DNA of 64,000 bases from NCBI RefSeq assembly GCF_009914755.1, contig NC_060944.1. The stretch is one strand, 5' to 3'. The position numbers were made by a program, and so were the translations under genes. Under the pieces are notes generated by a model. That model saw nothing but the letters and a program-made list of their open reading frames with translations. It was not told the origin of the DNA and ran no database searches. Below, one piece after another: positions 63,744-64,000 of this stretch (its first letter is position 1; each line of letters begins with the position of its first letter). Source of the stretch: the human T2T-CHM13v2.0 reference genome, Homo sapiens.

Positions 63744-63916
63744 GTCTCCCACCATCCGGGACATGGCGATCCGCTGCATTGCCCAGATGGTGAACTCCCA
63801 GGCGGCCAACATCCGCTCAGGCTGGAAGAACATCTTTGCCGTGTTCCACCAGGCAGCCTCTGATCATGATGGGAACATTGTGGAGCTGGCCTTCCAGACC
63901 ACTTGCCACATTGTCA
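63744..63916 (+). CDS. ARFGEF2: exon 27 (173 nt), SPTIRDM...TTCHIV
   Basis: cctcag|GTCTCC ... TGTCA|gtaagt. Confidence 0.97.
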
Positions 63917-63974
63917 GTAAGTGGCTCTGTTCCCTCCCTACTAATGTCCCACCTGCAAGTCTAGAAGAGTGTCA

Positions 63975-64000
63975 CTTGCTGTCTATTTTACTACCTACAG
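63975..64000 (+). promoter_or_regulatory. probable 3' splice site of exon 28 (implies an 84-nt intron 27)
   Basis: pyrimidine-rich ...gtctattttactacctacag ends exactly at the window edge; the exon itself is not visible. Confidence 0.65.

Overview
Primate (human-like) genomic DNA covering the middle of ARFGEF2 (BIG2, brefeldin A-inhibited Arf guanine-nucleotide exchange factor 2) on the + strand. I reconstruct 24 consecutive coding exons (numbered 4-27 by my recollection of the reference, about codons 93-1253). All have GT-AG boundaries and matching phases, and they encode the DCB/HUS region, the Sec7 domain (catalytic [11 protein letters not shown]) and the first HDS regions. The window ends on what looks like the exon 28 acceptor. 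The introns hold more than 50 Alus or Alu fragments, a full-length decayed antisense L1PA (L1PA6-like, about 6.2 kb, with TSD) in intron 14, a Tigger3b-like transposon carrying 4 nested Alus, old MIR/L2/MLT/MER relics and a 570-bp CT-rich tract. Most short ORFs in the track are Alu, L1 or low-complexity artefacts. I see no new gene family. The strongest hypothesis is an L1 'gene-breaking' layout at the DCB-HUS/Sec7 boundary: intron 14 read-through stops cleanly at residue 653 ahead of polyA signals, and the L1 antisense-promoter/ORF0 donor is in phase with exon 15. Several splice-site oddities and unusual Alu insertion structures are also reported. Repeat boundaries are approximate and subfamily calls are by eye.
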